Shown here in pieces: positions 38,836-46,932 of a stretch of DNA of 51,160 nucleotides. Source of the DNA: a plasmid; the sequence record NZ_CP115194.1; one strand, 5' to 3'. Numbering within the stretch: position 1 is the first letter of the stretch; each line of letters begins with the position of its first letter. The notes under the pieces were generated by a model that saw only the letters and a program-made list of their open reading frames with translations, searched no databases and was not told the origin of the DNA. The position numbers and the translations under genes are program-made.

Positions 38836-39099
38836 TCAGCCGGCCGGCTCGCCTTCGATCCGCATTTCCGTCTCGTTGCCAACTACCCGTTTGCGCTCGA
38901 ACAGTCCGCGCAGCTCTTCAGCACTGAACAGGCCTGCCTCGGCAACGCGCAGAATGTCCATGGCATCGAGCATGCCCTGGAGGTAGCCGATATCGAAACG
39001 GTAGGTGCGCACGTCTTGGGCCTTGGCCAGCGCACGGAACGAACTTTCCAGCAGGTGGAGCAGCTCGTCGCGCTGCTGCGTGTTGTTCTCGGAGGTCAT
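38836..39099 (-). CDS. hypothetical protein
   Basis: 87 aa ORF in the conserved ICE/plasmid hypothetical-gene block. Confidence 0.35.
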   Translation of the reverse strand: MTSENNTQQRDELLHLLESSFRALAKAQDVRTYRFDIGYLQGMLDAMDILRVAEAGLFSAEELRGLFERKRVVGNETEMRIEGEPAG

Positions 39100-39112
39100 G
39101 GGCGTGTTCCTT

Positions 39113-39385
39113 TCAGTTGGCCGCGGCCTTGTTCACGACGTGGAGTTCCGCCTCGATAGCGCGCAGCTCGCGGGCGCCTGGCTCACTCATACCGCAGTCG
39201 GGGAGGTGGCCGAACACCAGAAGCGCGCAGAGCGCATGGTAGCGAGCCAGGTAGTCCCGGCAGGCCTGCTCCAACTGTTCGCCGCCGATGCCTTCGGCCT
39301 TCTTGCGATGGAAGGAAAGGATGGCATCCAGTTCCTGGCGGGCGTTGTCGATGATGGTCTGCTCCAGACGGGGAATGCTGGTCAT
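39113..39385 (-). CDS. hypothetical protein
   Basis: 90 aa. Its start overlaps the stop of the next gene by 4 bp. Confidence 0.35.
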   Translation of the reverse strand: MTSIPRLEQTIIDNARQELDAILSFHRKKAEGIGGEQLEQACRDYLARYHALCALLVFGHLPDCGMSEPGARELRAIEAELHVVNKAAAN

Positions 39386-39633
39386 GGCTGAACTCCGCCC
39401 TGCGCGGTGCTGGCCAGCAGGTCACGCACCTGGTGAGGAGGAACGACAGTACCGTCGAGCGACCAGGTGAACAGTGGTACCGACCCCATGTCGGCCATCA
39501 CCAGCAGGCGACGGCCCGCGACCTGAAGGACGTCGGCCGCTACTGGCGGGCGGCGCCGGCGGATCAGTGCGTCCCGCCGCAGCTTGGTCATGAGGAATTC
39601 GGCCTGGACTATGCGTGCTGTCGCGTTGTTCAT
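39382..39633 (-). CDS. hypothetical protein
   Basis: ORF with the internal start MNNATARIVQ. Confidence 0.3.
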   Translation of the reverse strand: MNNATARIVQAEFLMTKLRRDALIRRRRPPVAADVLQVAGRRLLVMADMGSVPLFTWSLDGTVVPPHQVRDLLASTAQGGVQP

Positions 39634-39692
39634 GAGGGCGCTCCGTTCCTGTGTCAAAATACTGGTTTTCCATACAGCATAGGTCTTCGCAC

Positions 39693-39944
39693 ATGGCCAC
39701 CCAGAAGTTGCCGCCATTTGCTCCCGTAACGCTCGCCGAGTTGCGCCGGATCTGGCAAGAACATCCGGCGGAGGATGTTCGCCGGTTGACCCTTGAGGTA
39801 GCGAGGTATCGCCAGGTGATAGCCGAAATCGACGGGCACTATCGCCACATCCATCAGTCGTGGCGCGACACGGTGGGCGGAGAACTCTTCGCGCTGCACC
39901 TGCTCAAGCAACTGATGTACACCGAACGACAGCGCTTGGGCTAG
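39693..39944 (+). CDS. hypothetical protein
   Basis: Starts MATQKLPPF. It is divergent from the minus-strand block. Confidence 0.3.
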   Translation: MATQKLPPFAPVTLAELRRIWQEHPAEDVRRLTLEVARYRQVIAEIDGHYRHIHQSWRDTVGGELFALHLLKQLMYTERQRLG

Positions 39945-39994
39945 GAAGACCCGCGAGGGTCCACCAGTTGGCAGCGACGAGCAGGGCAGAAGCA

Positions 39995-40243
39995 TCAGCC
40001 GTTTGGCTTCAGCGCGACCGTGAGGCCCGCGAGCAAGGCGTGCGCATCTGTTTCGAAGCCGGCTGCGGCGTGGTGTCGGCGGCCAGCGGCGTCGACGAGC
40101 TCCCAGCCGAAGTTGTCCCCCAAGTAGAAGACGTCGAGGACCAGGTGCTCGGCCTGCACCGAGTGCATCAGTTCATGCTCCTCGAGGTTGAACGCGGGCA
40201 GTTCGCGGGGTTCGTCAACGTCGAGCTCGATCTCTGTGGCCAT
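39995..40243 (-). CDS. hypothetical acidic protein
   Basis: Starts MATEIELDVDEPREL. Confidence 0.3.
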   Translation of the reverse strand: MATEIELDVDEPRELPAFNLEEHELMHSVQAEHLVLDVFYLGDNFGWELVDAAGRRHHAAAGFETDAHALLAGLTVALKPNG

Positions 40244-40317
40244 GGTGTTTCTCCTAGATGTTGTGCCGTTGGTCAGCTGGCCGGGCACAAGATGTTGGGT
40301 TCAAGGTGGTGCTGCGA

Positions 40318-40866
40318 TCATTCCTCATGGGAGCCACCCTGGCTACCGGGGATGATGAACTTCAGTTCCAGCCAGATACCACATGCGAATGCCATTTCCA
40401 GCAGATCCTCAAGCGGAACTGACTGAACCTCCAAGGCGAGCAGGCGACGGACGTTGGCCTCCGACGTCTTCATCTGCCGCGCCGCTTCGGCTTCAGTCCA
40501 GCCATTCCGCCTGACCTGTCCCGCAAGAATGCCGGTGAAATAAGCCTGTATAACCGCAGGGTCGTGGTAGACATTCGAACTCTGTGCGGCAGGCTGCTCC
40601 CTGTAAGCTAGCTTCGCCCGCTGGCAGAGCAGCACCCAGTAGGCGTAGGGGATTTCGTCCTGGCCGGTAGTCCAGCGGTTAACCTCGCGCCGCGACAATC
40701 CGCCGAGAACAACGGCAGCGTCCCGCGGTTCGAGGTCAGCCAGCCGCATGACGGCAAGCACTTCTGCAGCGCTGGGCGGGATCCAACCACTTTCGAAGGT
40801 ACGCAAGCAGGCCTCTCGAACAAGGGGCTCCGATCGCTGTATCAGGTAGGGGGCTCTGGTTTCCAT
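40318..40866 (-). CDS. hypothetical protein with a C-terminal HTH-like segment
   Basis: 182 aa. The TEAEAARQMKTSEANVRRLLA segment resembles an XRE-type HTH. Confidence 0.4.
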   Translation of the reverse strand: METRAPYLIQRSEPLVREACLRTFESGWIPPSAAEVLAVMRLADLEPRDAAVVLGGLSRREVNRWTTGQDEIPYAYWVLLCQRAKLAYREQPAAQSSNVYHDPAVIQAYFTGILAGQVRRNGWTEAEAARQMKTSEANVRRLLALEVQSVPLEDLLEMAFACGIWLELKFIIPGSQGGSHEE

Positions 40867-40899
40867 AAGATTCTCCAGGCGAGAGGAAAAGATGGGCTG

Positions 40900-41352
40900 C
40901 TAAAGCAGCCCATTTTCGGCGAACGAGAAGATTTTCGAGGAACCGACCACGAAGTGGTCGAGTAGGCGGACGTCGATTAAGGACAGAGCGTCCTTGATCT
41001 TGGATGTCAGAATTCTGTCCGCCTGTGACGGCTCGACGATTCCGGAGGGATGATTGTGCACGGCGATAGCCGCTGCAGCATTACAGGCGAGCGCTTGCTG
41101 GACAATGACGCGGGGATAGACCGCCGCTGAGTCGATAGTCCCCTGAAACAGGCGCTTGAAACATAGTATCCGGTGGGCTGAGTCAAGAAAGAGCATGGCG
41201 AAATGCTCGTTGAACTCAGGGCCCAGCGATAAGCGGATATAGTCGCGAACGTCCTCGGGGTTGGTCAGGTAGGAAGTACCTGGGATCCGGCGATCAAGAA
41301 TCGCCAGGGCCTGAGACAGAACGCTCCGATCTTCTTCGGAAAGACATTGCAT
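40900..41352 (-). CDS. radC: RadC-like JAB/MPN domain protein
   Basis: Contains the JAMM metal-binding motif (HNHPSG) and a downstream PS-x-x-D, the core of the RadC family. ~150 aa. Confidence 0.85.
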   Translation of the reverse strand: MQCLSEEDRSVLSQALAILDRRIPGTSYLTNPEDVRDYIRLSLGPEFNEHFAMLFLDSAHRILCFKRLFQGTIDSAAVYPRVIVQQALACNAAAAIAVHNHPSGIVEPSQADRILTSKIKDALSLIDVRLLDHFVVGSSKIFSFAENGLL

Positions 41353-41454
41353 AGCGGAATTCTCCGTTTGTAACGCCGAGCAATTCGCACGGCGTGATCA
41401 TTCTATCGTCCAGGCAACGGCGCTGCAGGGGCAAGGCAGATAGCTATCTGCTGG

Positions 41455-41667
41455 TTACTGGCCGGGTTGCGGGTTGGCCTCAATACCGAGGCGGTTGGTC
41501 GGCTCGCCGTGTTCGTTGCGGATAAACGCTACTACTGAGCAACCGCACTCATTCGCGAGATCCTGCGCCTCACGGGCCAAGTCCTCGAGGCGATACTCGG
41601 CGCGGCTGCAAGATATTCTGGACTCGTCCAGCAGCTGGCCGCGATCGCTGTAGAAACCTACGTTCAT
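41455..41667 (-). CDS. hypothetical protein
   Basis: 70 aa. Overlaps the neighbouring gene by 4 bp. Confidence 0.3.
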   Translation of the reverse strand: MNVGFYSDRGQLLDESRISCSRAEYRLEDLAREAQDLANECGCSVVAFIRNEHGEPTNRLGIEANPQPGQ

Positions 41668-41870
41668 CGATCTACCTCACGGCCCGGGCATTCAAGAGCG
41701 AATTGTCTGCCGGCGTTCACGCCGGCGCGATAGATGGCGAACGCCTTATCGGTCTGCGCTTGTCGCTCCTGAGCGGTGATCAGCCCCAAACGAAACTGCT
41801 GGAGCGCTTGGTCAACACGCTCAGTCAGTTGAAGATCGGCGCCCGTCACGGCTAAAGGGGTAGTCATCAC
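41664..41870 (-). CDS. hypothetical protein
   Basis: 68 aa. Overlaps the neighbouring gene by 4 bp. Confidence 0.3.
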   Translation of the reverse strand: MMTTPLAVTGADLQLTERVDQALQQFRLGLITAQERQAQTDKAFAIYRAGVNAGRQFALECPGREVDR

Positions 41871-42172
41871 TGGGGAGAACCTCCCTCGTTGGGCTCATAC
41901 TGTGCTGCCATCTGCCGAACTTGTTCGGCCAGATCCGGCGGTAACCAGACGCCGACGAAAACCAGGCCTGCGGCGCCTTTCTGCAGGTACGGTTCTACGC
42001 GCTTCAGCGCTGAGTTGACGTTCTGCGCGCTGCGTCCAGTATGGCGCGCGACCTCGATCGGCTTCACGCCATCGACGAAGACGGCCCGGGCGATCGCCAG
42101 GGTGTCAGGGTGTAGGCGTTTCATCGCCGGCAGGCACTGCTCCCAGTGCTCCAGGGTGTAACGTTCCGGCAT
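41867..42172 (-). CDS. hypothetical DNA-binding-like protein
   Basis: Starts MPERYTLEHWEQ. The IEVARHTGRSAQNVNSALKR segment is HTH-like. Confidence 0.35.
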   Translation of the reverse strand: MPERYTLEHWEQCLPAMKRLHPDTLAIARAVFVDGVKPIEVARHTGRSAQNVNSALKRVEPYLQKGAAGLVFVGVWLPPDLAEQVRQMAAQYEPNEGGSPQ

Positions 42173-42269
42173 CGGTCCATTCGCTCCACGGCTGTTATAC
42201 TGACGTCGCTCAGTTCGCAGAGCAAAACAGGGGCCCACATGCGTTGCAGCGCGTGTGGGCCTCGCCTTT

Positions 42270-42611
42270 TCAAGGCCTGTCATGGTCGAACAACTCCTTC
42301 TGCGGATCCTCGGGATCTCGCCTGGGTGAATTCAAAGGGTGGCCCAGCTGTCGGCGAATCTCGGCCAGCCAGGCCTTGTAGGGTGAGTTCACTCGCCTCC
42401 CGAAAGGGTAGGCCGTTCGCAACTCCTGGCGCAGCATCTTCAGGTCTGAGCGCCCCACGCGGCGAATGACCTCGCGGACTACCGGCGCCGCTCGATCAGC
42501 CCAGCTCATCATGATCCTCGCGTTCAATCGTGATGGGCAGGTGTTCGAGCAGCAACTGCCGAGCTGCGATCTCTGCCCCCTTCTGGCGGAAGGCCTCCTC
42601 GATCTCGGCAA
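42270..42611 (-). CDS. hypothetical protein (start uncertain)
   Basis: ORF that overlaps its neighbour at 42496-42822. An internal start at MMSWADRA is possible. Confidence 0.25.
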   Translation of the reverse strand: MPRSRRPSARRGQRSQLGSCCSNTCPSRLNARIMMSWADRAAPVVREVIRRVGRSDLKMLRQELRTAYPFGRRVNSPYKAWLAEIRRQLGHPLNSPRRDPEDPQKELFDHDRP

Positions 42612-42822
42612 GCTGCATCTGCAACATAAGAATCTCCGATCTGACCTCGTTCACCATCGCCTCTTGGCCAAGCCCTGCAGAAACCAGGCTTTCGATGCGC
42701 CGAACAGCAAGCGTATACGCGCGCGATCGGTCCAGAAGGCTGTCCAGGCAATTCTGGAATGCCTGGCTCAATCGTTGCTGTGCTCTCATGACCTGCTCCG
42801 ATCTGGATAAGCGCAGCGCCAC
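42496..42822 (-). CDS. hypothetical coiled-coil protein
   Basis: 108 aa ORF. Confidence 0.35.
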   Translation of the reverse strand: MALRLSRSEQVMRAQQRLSQAFQNCLDSLLDRSRAYTLAVRRIESLVSAGLGQEAMVNEVRSEILMLQMQLAEIEEAFRQKGAEIAARQLLLEHLPITIEREDHDELG

Positions 42823-42849
42823 GCAGGTGGCCGCTGCGCTACGGCGGTG

Positions 42850-43236
42850 TTACGCCTGCACAGGGGCTTCTTTGAACCCGGGCAGGTCCACGATGGCGGC
42901 ATCGCGGATCCGCGACAGCAGCTCATACGCCGGCGACTGGTAGTAGCCCGGGGCATCGCACGAGTTCCGATGGTACGTGTCGGCCAGCTTCAGCAACTCC
43001 ACGGCGGAAACCAACTCGGCCTGGTCGTCGAAGGTGAAGGGGATGAAATGGCCTTCGTCGTAGTCGAGCCCACGGCAGCTGAACCGGACGGAGCGGATGT
43101 TTTCCTCGCGCAGGCACTGGCCATCTTGCTCGATCTGCTTGAGCTCGAGGTCACAAGTCAGCCGGTCTTTCGGGTAGACGTAGCGCAGTAGAATCGACAG
43201 GTGCCGACAGCTGAGAACAAGGTTGGACTCACTCAT
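42850..43236 (-). CDS. hypothetical protein
   Basis: 128 aa ORF, the first gene of the minus-strand block. Confidence 0.4.
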   Translation of the reverse strand: MSESNLVLSCRHLSILLRYVYPKDRLTCDLELKQIEQDGQCLREENIRSVRFSCRGLDYDEGHFIPFTFDDQAELVSAVELLKLADTYHRNSCDAPGYYQSPAYELLSRIRDAAIVDLPGFKEAPVQA

Positions 43237-43407
43237 GGGATATCTCCGTTCGCATCGCAGAGCCCTTCGGAGCGGTTGCAGCCGCTGATTCCGAAGAGGG
43301 TTGAAGGGGCCCGGGCGAGCCGGGCGCCAAGTGCAAGAGAAGTGTGCGGCTAGCGTCGGATAAAATAAACTGTTTATAAACTATTTATTTACACAGGGTT
43401 CATCGCA

Positions 43408-43427
43408 ATTCGTCACTTCGGGGACCG
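43408..43427 (+). repeat. 20 bp direct repeat ATTCGTCACTTCGGGGACCG, copy 1 (flanks the parDE-2 cassette)
   Basis: An identical copy lies at 44085-44104. The sequences beyond the repeats are unrelated. Confidence 0.7.
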
Positions 43428-43510
43428 TACTCCGGCTCCTCGTCCGCCTGAGGTTGACGTACCATTCCTATTCATTACGATTAAAACCGATTAATAAGGG
43501 AGAACCCCTC

Positions 43511-43786
43511 ATGAGCACAGCAGCCAAACCAACGCGCACCGTGACTGCTCACGTCCCGGTAGATCTGGCCGAGCGCGTCGATGCAATCGCCGAGCGCCTG
43601 GAGCGATCGAAGAACTGGATCGTCAGGCAGGCGCTGTCAGCCTGGATCGACCAGGAAGACGAGCGCAGCCGTCTGACACGTGAAGCCCTGGATGATGTAG
43701 ACGCAGGACGTGTCGTCGATCACCAGGCCGTGCAGGCCTGGGCCGAGAGCTTGGGCACTGACTCTCCGCTGCCGGTACCACGCTGA
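43511..43786 (+). CDS. parD: ParD/CopG RHH antitoxin (second, diverged copy)
   Basis: Starts MSTAAKPTRTVTAHVPVDLAERVDAIAERLERSKNWIVRQAL. ~85% aa identity to the copy at 3750-4022. Confidence 0.8.
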   Translation: MSTAAKPTRTVTAHVPVDLAERVDAIAERLERSKNWIVRQALSAWIDQEDERSRLTREALDDVDAGRVVDHQAVQAWAESLGTDSPLPVPR

Positions 43787-44061
43787 TGGAGTTGAAGTGG
43801 ACGAGCAAAGGGCTCTCCGACGTGGCACGGCTCTACGAGTTCCTGGCTACGGTGAACAAGGAAGCTGCCGCCCGCACGGTGCAGCAGCTGACGAGCGCGC
43901 CGACCGCCTTGTTGACCAACCCGCGGCTGGGCGAGCGCCTGGAAGAGTTCGAACCGCGGGATGTTCGCCGCATCCTGATCGGCCATTATGAGATGCGCTA
44001 TGAGATCCTGGATTCCTGCATCTACGTGCTTCGTCTGTGGCACACACGCGAAGACAGGTAG
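43786..44061 (+). CDS. parE: ParE/RelE toxin (second, diverged copy)
   Basis: Begins MELKWTSKGLSDVARLYEFLATVNKEAAART and ends YVLRLWHTREDR. Its start overlaps the antitoxin stop. Confidence 0.8.
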   Translation: MELKWTSKGLSDVARLYEFLATVNKEAAARTVQQLTSAPTALLTNPRLGERLEEFEPRDVRRILIGHYEMRYEILDSCIYVLRLWHTREDR

Positions 44062-44084
44062 TCCCAGCGAACCAGGTCGCCCCG

Positions 44085-44104
44085 ATTCGTCACTTCGGGG
44101 ACCG
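44085..44104 (+). repeat. 20 bp direct repeat ATTCGTCACTTCGGGGACCG, copy 2
   Basis: It provides the last codons and the stop (RSPK*) of the minus-strand ORF at 44090-44506. Confidence 0.7.
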
Positions 44105-44506
44105 GAGACTCCAGGCCTCGACGCCGGCGGTCCCTGAAGTAATGTCCAACAGCGAGGGCCAGGTAAGGCCGAGCTGTCGCCGGGCCTGAGGCAGGCCGCA
44201 ACCGGTGGCGTGACGATATCGGCGCACGGCTGCTACTACATTCCCCGCCTTCACCATGTCGACACACTCCCGCCTGAGCACGTCCTCTGTCACCTCCTGG
44301 GAAGAGGCATCGGCCTGCTGCTCCTGCAGGCGGCCGATGAGCGCCCTCATGCCTGGGTAGTGCAGCCGATCGGAGTAGGCCCGAATCGGGGGGATTCGGC
44401 CCTGGATCTGGTCCTGATGGCCACACTCGGGGCAGCCGTCGTTGTCCAGGGGCAGCACCACGCAACAGACTGGGCAAATTACATCATCGAGCGTGAGTCT
44501 CTTCAT
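44090..44506 (-). CDS. hypothetical protein with an N-terminal CxxC…CxxC zinc ribbon
   Basis: Starts MKRLTLDDVICPVCCVV…CPECGH. Its C-terminus and stop lie inside the 20 bp repeat. Confidence 0.4.
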   Translation of the reverse strand: MKRLTLDDVICPVCCVVLPLDNDGCPECGHQDQIQGRIPPIRAYSDRLHYPGMRALIGRLQEQQADASSQEVTEDVLRRECVDMVKAGNVVAAVRRYRHATGCGLPQARRQLGLTWPSLLDITSGTAGVEAWSLRSPK

Positions 44507-44525
44507 TTTCCCCTCCAGCACGACA

Positions 44526-44843
44526 TTATGTCGACGAACGAATCACTCCACGTTCTACCAAACCAGAATAATAGGCATGAATATAGTCATCAGACTCGAA
44601 ACAGAGGCAGTAGATTTTGATAGCACTTTTTACGATCGAGTATATGCAACTGGTTGCAAGAACCAAGCAGAGGATACCGACTATAGCTATTACATAATTA
44701 GCTGCACCGCTAGCATATACAAGGATCAAAACAAGAAAAGTAGATAAGCTAAGTACCAGGTAACCGACGGCCTGCAACAGGCTAGCCTTTAAATATGACC
44801 ATGAGATGGCCACCAGCATCTTCCCGCGTGAGTTTGTATACAT
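44526..44843 (-). CDS. hypothetical small membrane protein (AT-rich)
   Basis: Two to three TM helices. ~38% GC. Confidence 0.4.
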   Translation of the reverse strand: MYTNSRGKMLVAISWSYLKASLLQAVGYLVLSLSTFLVLILVYASGAANYVIAIVGILCLVLATSCIYSIVKSAIKIYCLCFESDDYIHAYYSGLVERGVIRSST

Positions 44844-44872
44844 GGATATTTCCCTTAAGAGAAACGAGAGCT

Positions 44873-45229
44873 CTAGCTTGGGCTGGCAGACAGAGTCTCT
44901 CCCAGTGAAACTATGGTGCTGACCCTAGTGCTTTTGATGTTTCCGATGTTGAAAGAGACTCTACTGGAGATAGAGTCAACGTCAATATTATTATCAGCGA
45001 TGACTTGCGGCAGAATCTCGATCATCTTCCCATTAATGATCTCGGCGATCCTCTTGCGGGCTCCTTCGTCGGAAAGATTCACTGGAACTACGGCAGCCGG
45101 GAAAGCCGCCCGACTCTTTCCAAGATACTCTTGGGTCCCAGCAAGAATCTTGTATTCAAAATCGACGACGTACGAATCAAGTTTCACATCCACAGGACAA
45201 CTCCCCAATAAATTACAATTGCTCTTCAT
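44873..45229 (-). CDS. hypothetical protein (AT-rich)
   Basis: 118 aa ORF. Confidence 0.4.
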   Translation of the reverse strand: MKSNCNLLGSCPVDVKLDSYVVDFEYKILAGTQEYLGKSRAAFPAAVVPVNLSDEGARKRIAEIINGKMIEILPQVIADNNIDVDSISSRVSFNIGNIKSTRVSTIVSLGETLSASPS

Positions 45230-45635
45230 ACCACTGTTGGAAATTTCTTTTGAATATATCCATGAGGCGATAATGCGTGTTACGGCCCCAGGAACCGCCG
45301 GAACTGCCGACGTTGTTGTCAGCGGTGGACAACATTACGTTAGCGATACGATGCCACCAACCAAACTCGGCAAACGGATTGCTCGCAACGCGACCGTCCG
45401 CATTGAGCAACGCCTCCTCCCATCCTTTGTACTCGAGATACTCGTCGTGACAGGACTCGTTCACGAGCCGCTGTAGCACGCTTTCTCGAAAGCCTTCGTG
45501 AAGCCTGACGGCGAATGCAACAGCAGCTCGGATCTGGCTTTCGGTCAGGTGATCGAGATTAGCCTCCTGCCACTCATCAATGAAGCGAGCCGCCTGCAGG
45601 ATCGATCTCGACACAACATTGTTCGAAATGCTCAT
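45213..45635 (-). CDS. hypothetical protein
   Basis: 140 aa ORF directly downstream of kfrA, in the same orientation. Confidence 0.4.
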   Translation of the reverse strand: MSISNNVVSRSILQAARFIDEWQEANLDHLTESQIRAAVAFAVRLHEGFRESVLQRLVNESCHDEYLEYKGWEEALLNADGRVASNPFAEFGWWHRIANVMLSTADNNVGSSGGSWGRNTHYRLMDIFKRNFQQWYEEQL

Positions 45636-45639
45636 AGCG

Positions 45640-46722
45640 TTACTCCTTGCTCTCGGAATCGCCCTTGGCGGGCTTGCGGGGCGTCTTGGCCTTGATCTTC
45701 GCGGGCTGTTGGACTGCGGCGCTACCGAGGCGGTCTAGCAGCTGAGCGTTGCTCTCCCGAAGACTATCAAGTTCACCTTCGGCGCGCGCGGCTCGTAGTC
45801 CAACCACCTGGGCTTCTTTGCGGGCGGCGTCACGTTCGCCCTGTACCCGGGTGAAGCGTTCCGCCTGAGCATGAGCCTCGGCAGCAGCGCGCTTGCGCTG
45901 TTCACTCGCGGCCTCTTCTGCTGCCTGCAAGCGATAGAGGTCCTTCATCGCCGTATCAAGACGATGCTGTAGGTCCTCGACACGGGCTGCCAGATCGTCG
46001 CGCTGGGCCTCCGCCCTGCCCTTCGCCTCAGCGAGTTCCGCCTTGGCCTTGTCGATCTCCTGGGCGGCCACAGCCTTGATCTGGTCCAGTTCGGTCTGAT
46101 GGATCTTACGGGCCGAAACCAGCTCGTTCCGCACCTCGGACAACTCGTCCCGGGCGCGTTGCAGCTCGATTTTCTGGTCCTCGACGCGGCGAGTGATTTC
46201 CTCGGTCCTTGCCTCGGCCGACTCTGCGCGGGACGTCTGCTGGGCCAGACTCTGGCGCAGCCCATCGATCACTAGAACCTGCTCCTCGAACGCCTGCTGC
46301 AAGGCCTGTTTGTCCTCGCGCAGCCGCTCCAGATCTCCTTGCTGCTCTTCGTACAACTGCGACAGTTCTATCCGGGTCGATTCAGCATCCGCCCTCTCCT
46401 GGTCCCACTCTGCCTCGGCCTTTCGCAGGCTCGCATTGGCCATATCCGTGGCAGCACTCCACAAGGCGGAGCCCAGGGTAAGTGCTTCCCTGTGCAGTTC
46501 AGGCGGCAGTTCCAGGTGGACCGGCTCAGGTTTGGCGGTTTGCAGATGCCGCCACTCTTTCATGACCCGTGTGACCGTGTTCATGTCCGCCCGGGCAGCC
46601 CGGCGTACCGCTTCCACCTGCGGGAAGCGCTCACGCCCCAGCTCTTCATAGAGGCGATCGGCCTCCCGGAAAACACGAGCCCGAACGTCTGCAACCTGGT
46701 CGTTACCTTCATGTTCCGACAT
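45640..46722 (-). CDS. kfrA: KfrA-like protein: N-terminal DNA-binding domain plus a long Ala/Glu/Arg-rich coiled coil
   Basis: The start ATG at 46720-46722 is preceded by a GGAGGA ribosome-binding site. The N-terminal ~80 aa are followed by ~280 aa of AEAR/QLE-type heptads, as in plasmid KfrA. Confidence 0.6.
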   Translation of the reverse strand: MSEHEGNDQVADVRARVFREADRLYEELGRERFPQVEAVRRAARADMNTVTRVMKEWRHLQTAKPEPVHLELPPELHREALTLGSALWSAATDMANASLRKAEAEWDQERADAESTRIELSQLYEEQQGDLERLREDKQALQQAFEEQVLVIDGLRQSLAQQTSRAESAEARTEEITRRVEDQKIELQRARDELSEVRNELVSARKIHQTELDQIKAVAAQEIDKAKAELAEAKGRAEAQRDDLAARVEDLQHRLDTAMKDLYRLQAAEEAASEQRKRAAAEAHAQAERFTRVQGERDAARKEAQVVGLRAARAEGELDSLRESNAQLLDRLGSAAVQQPAKIKAKTPRKPAKGDSESKE

Positions 46723-46745
46723 AAGTCCTCCGAAGGGGGGATAAG

Positions 46746-46779
46746 ATAATAATAAGAATAGCATTATTCTTATTATTAT
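46746..46779. promoter_or_regulatory. AT-rich palindrome upstream of kfrA, a putative operator
   Basis: 14 bp perfect inverted arms ATAATAATAAGAAT / ATTCTTATTATTAT with a 6 bp spacer, 24-57 bp upstream of the kfrA start. Confidence 0.4.
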
Positions 46780-46807
46780 GAAATCAATATGCGACCGCTT
46801 GTCGATT

Positions 46808-46932
46808 ACATCAGCCTGACCGGCGATTACGTCTGGCGGCAGAGCCGCAGGCTGGAAGACGGGAAGTTCAGGCCGCTACGGCTACCCGGAAAACCTTAGC
46901 GTACGATTTTTTCCGAATTCTGCGGGCTCCCC
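46808..46932 (+). mobile_element. Tn3-family remnant: the last ~85 bp of tnpA plus a 38 bp terminal inverted repeat (solo end)
   Basis: 46808-46932 is near-identical to 6051-6175, in the same orientation. Nothing upstream of it resembles tnpA. Confidence 0.75.

Noticed and set aside
43408-44104. Interpreting the 20 bp direct repeats as Tn3-family inverted repeats of a second parDE transposon
   Set aside because: The two copies are in direct, not inverted, orientation. The flanks diverge immediately after GGGGACCG, so there is no 38 bp inverted-repeat homology. No resolvase or transposase is associated.
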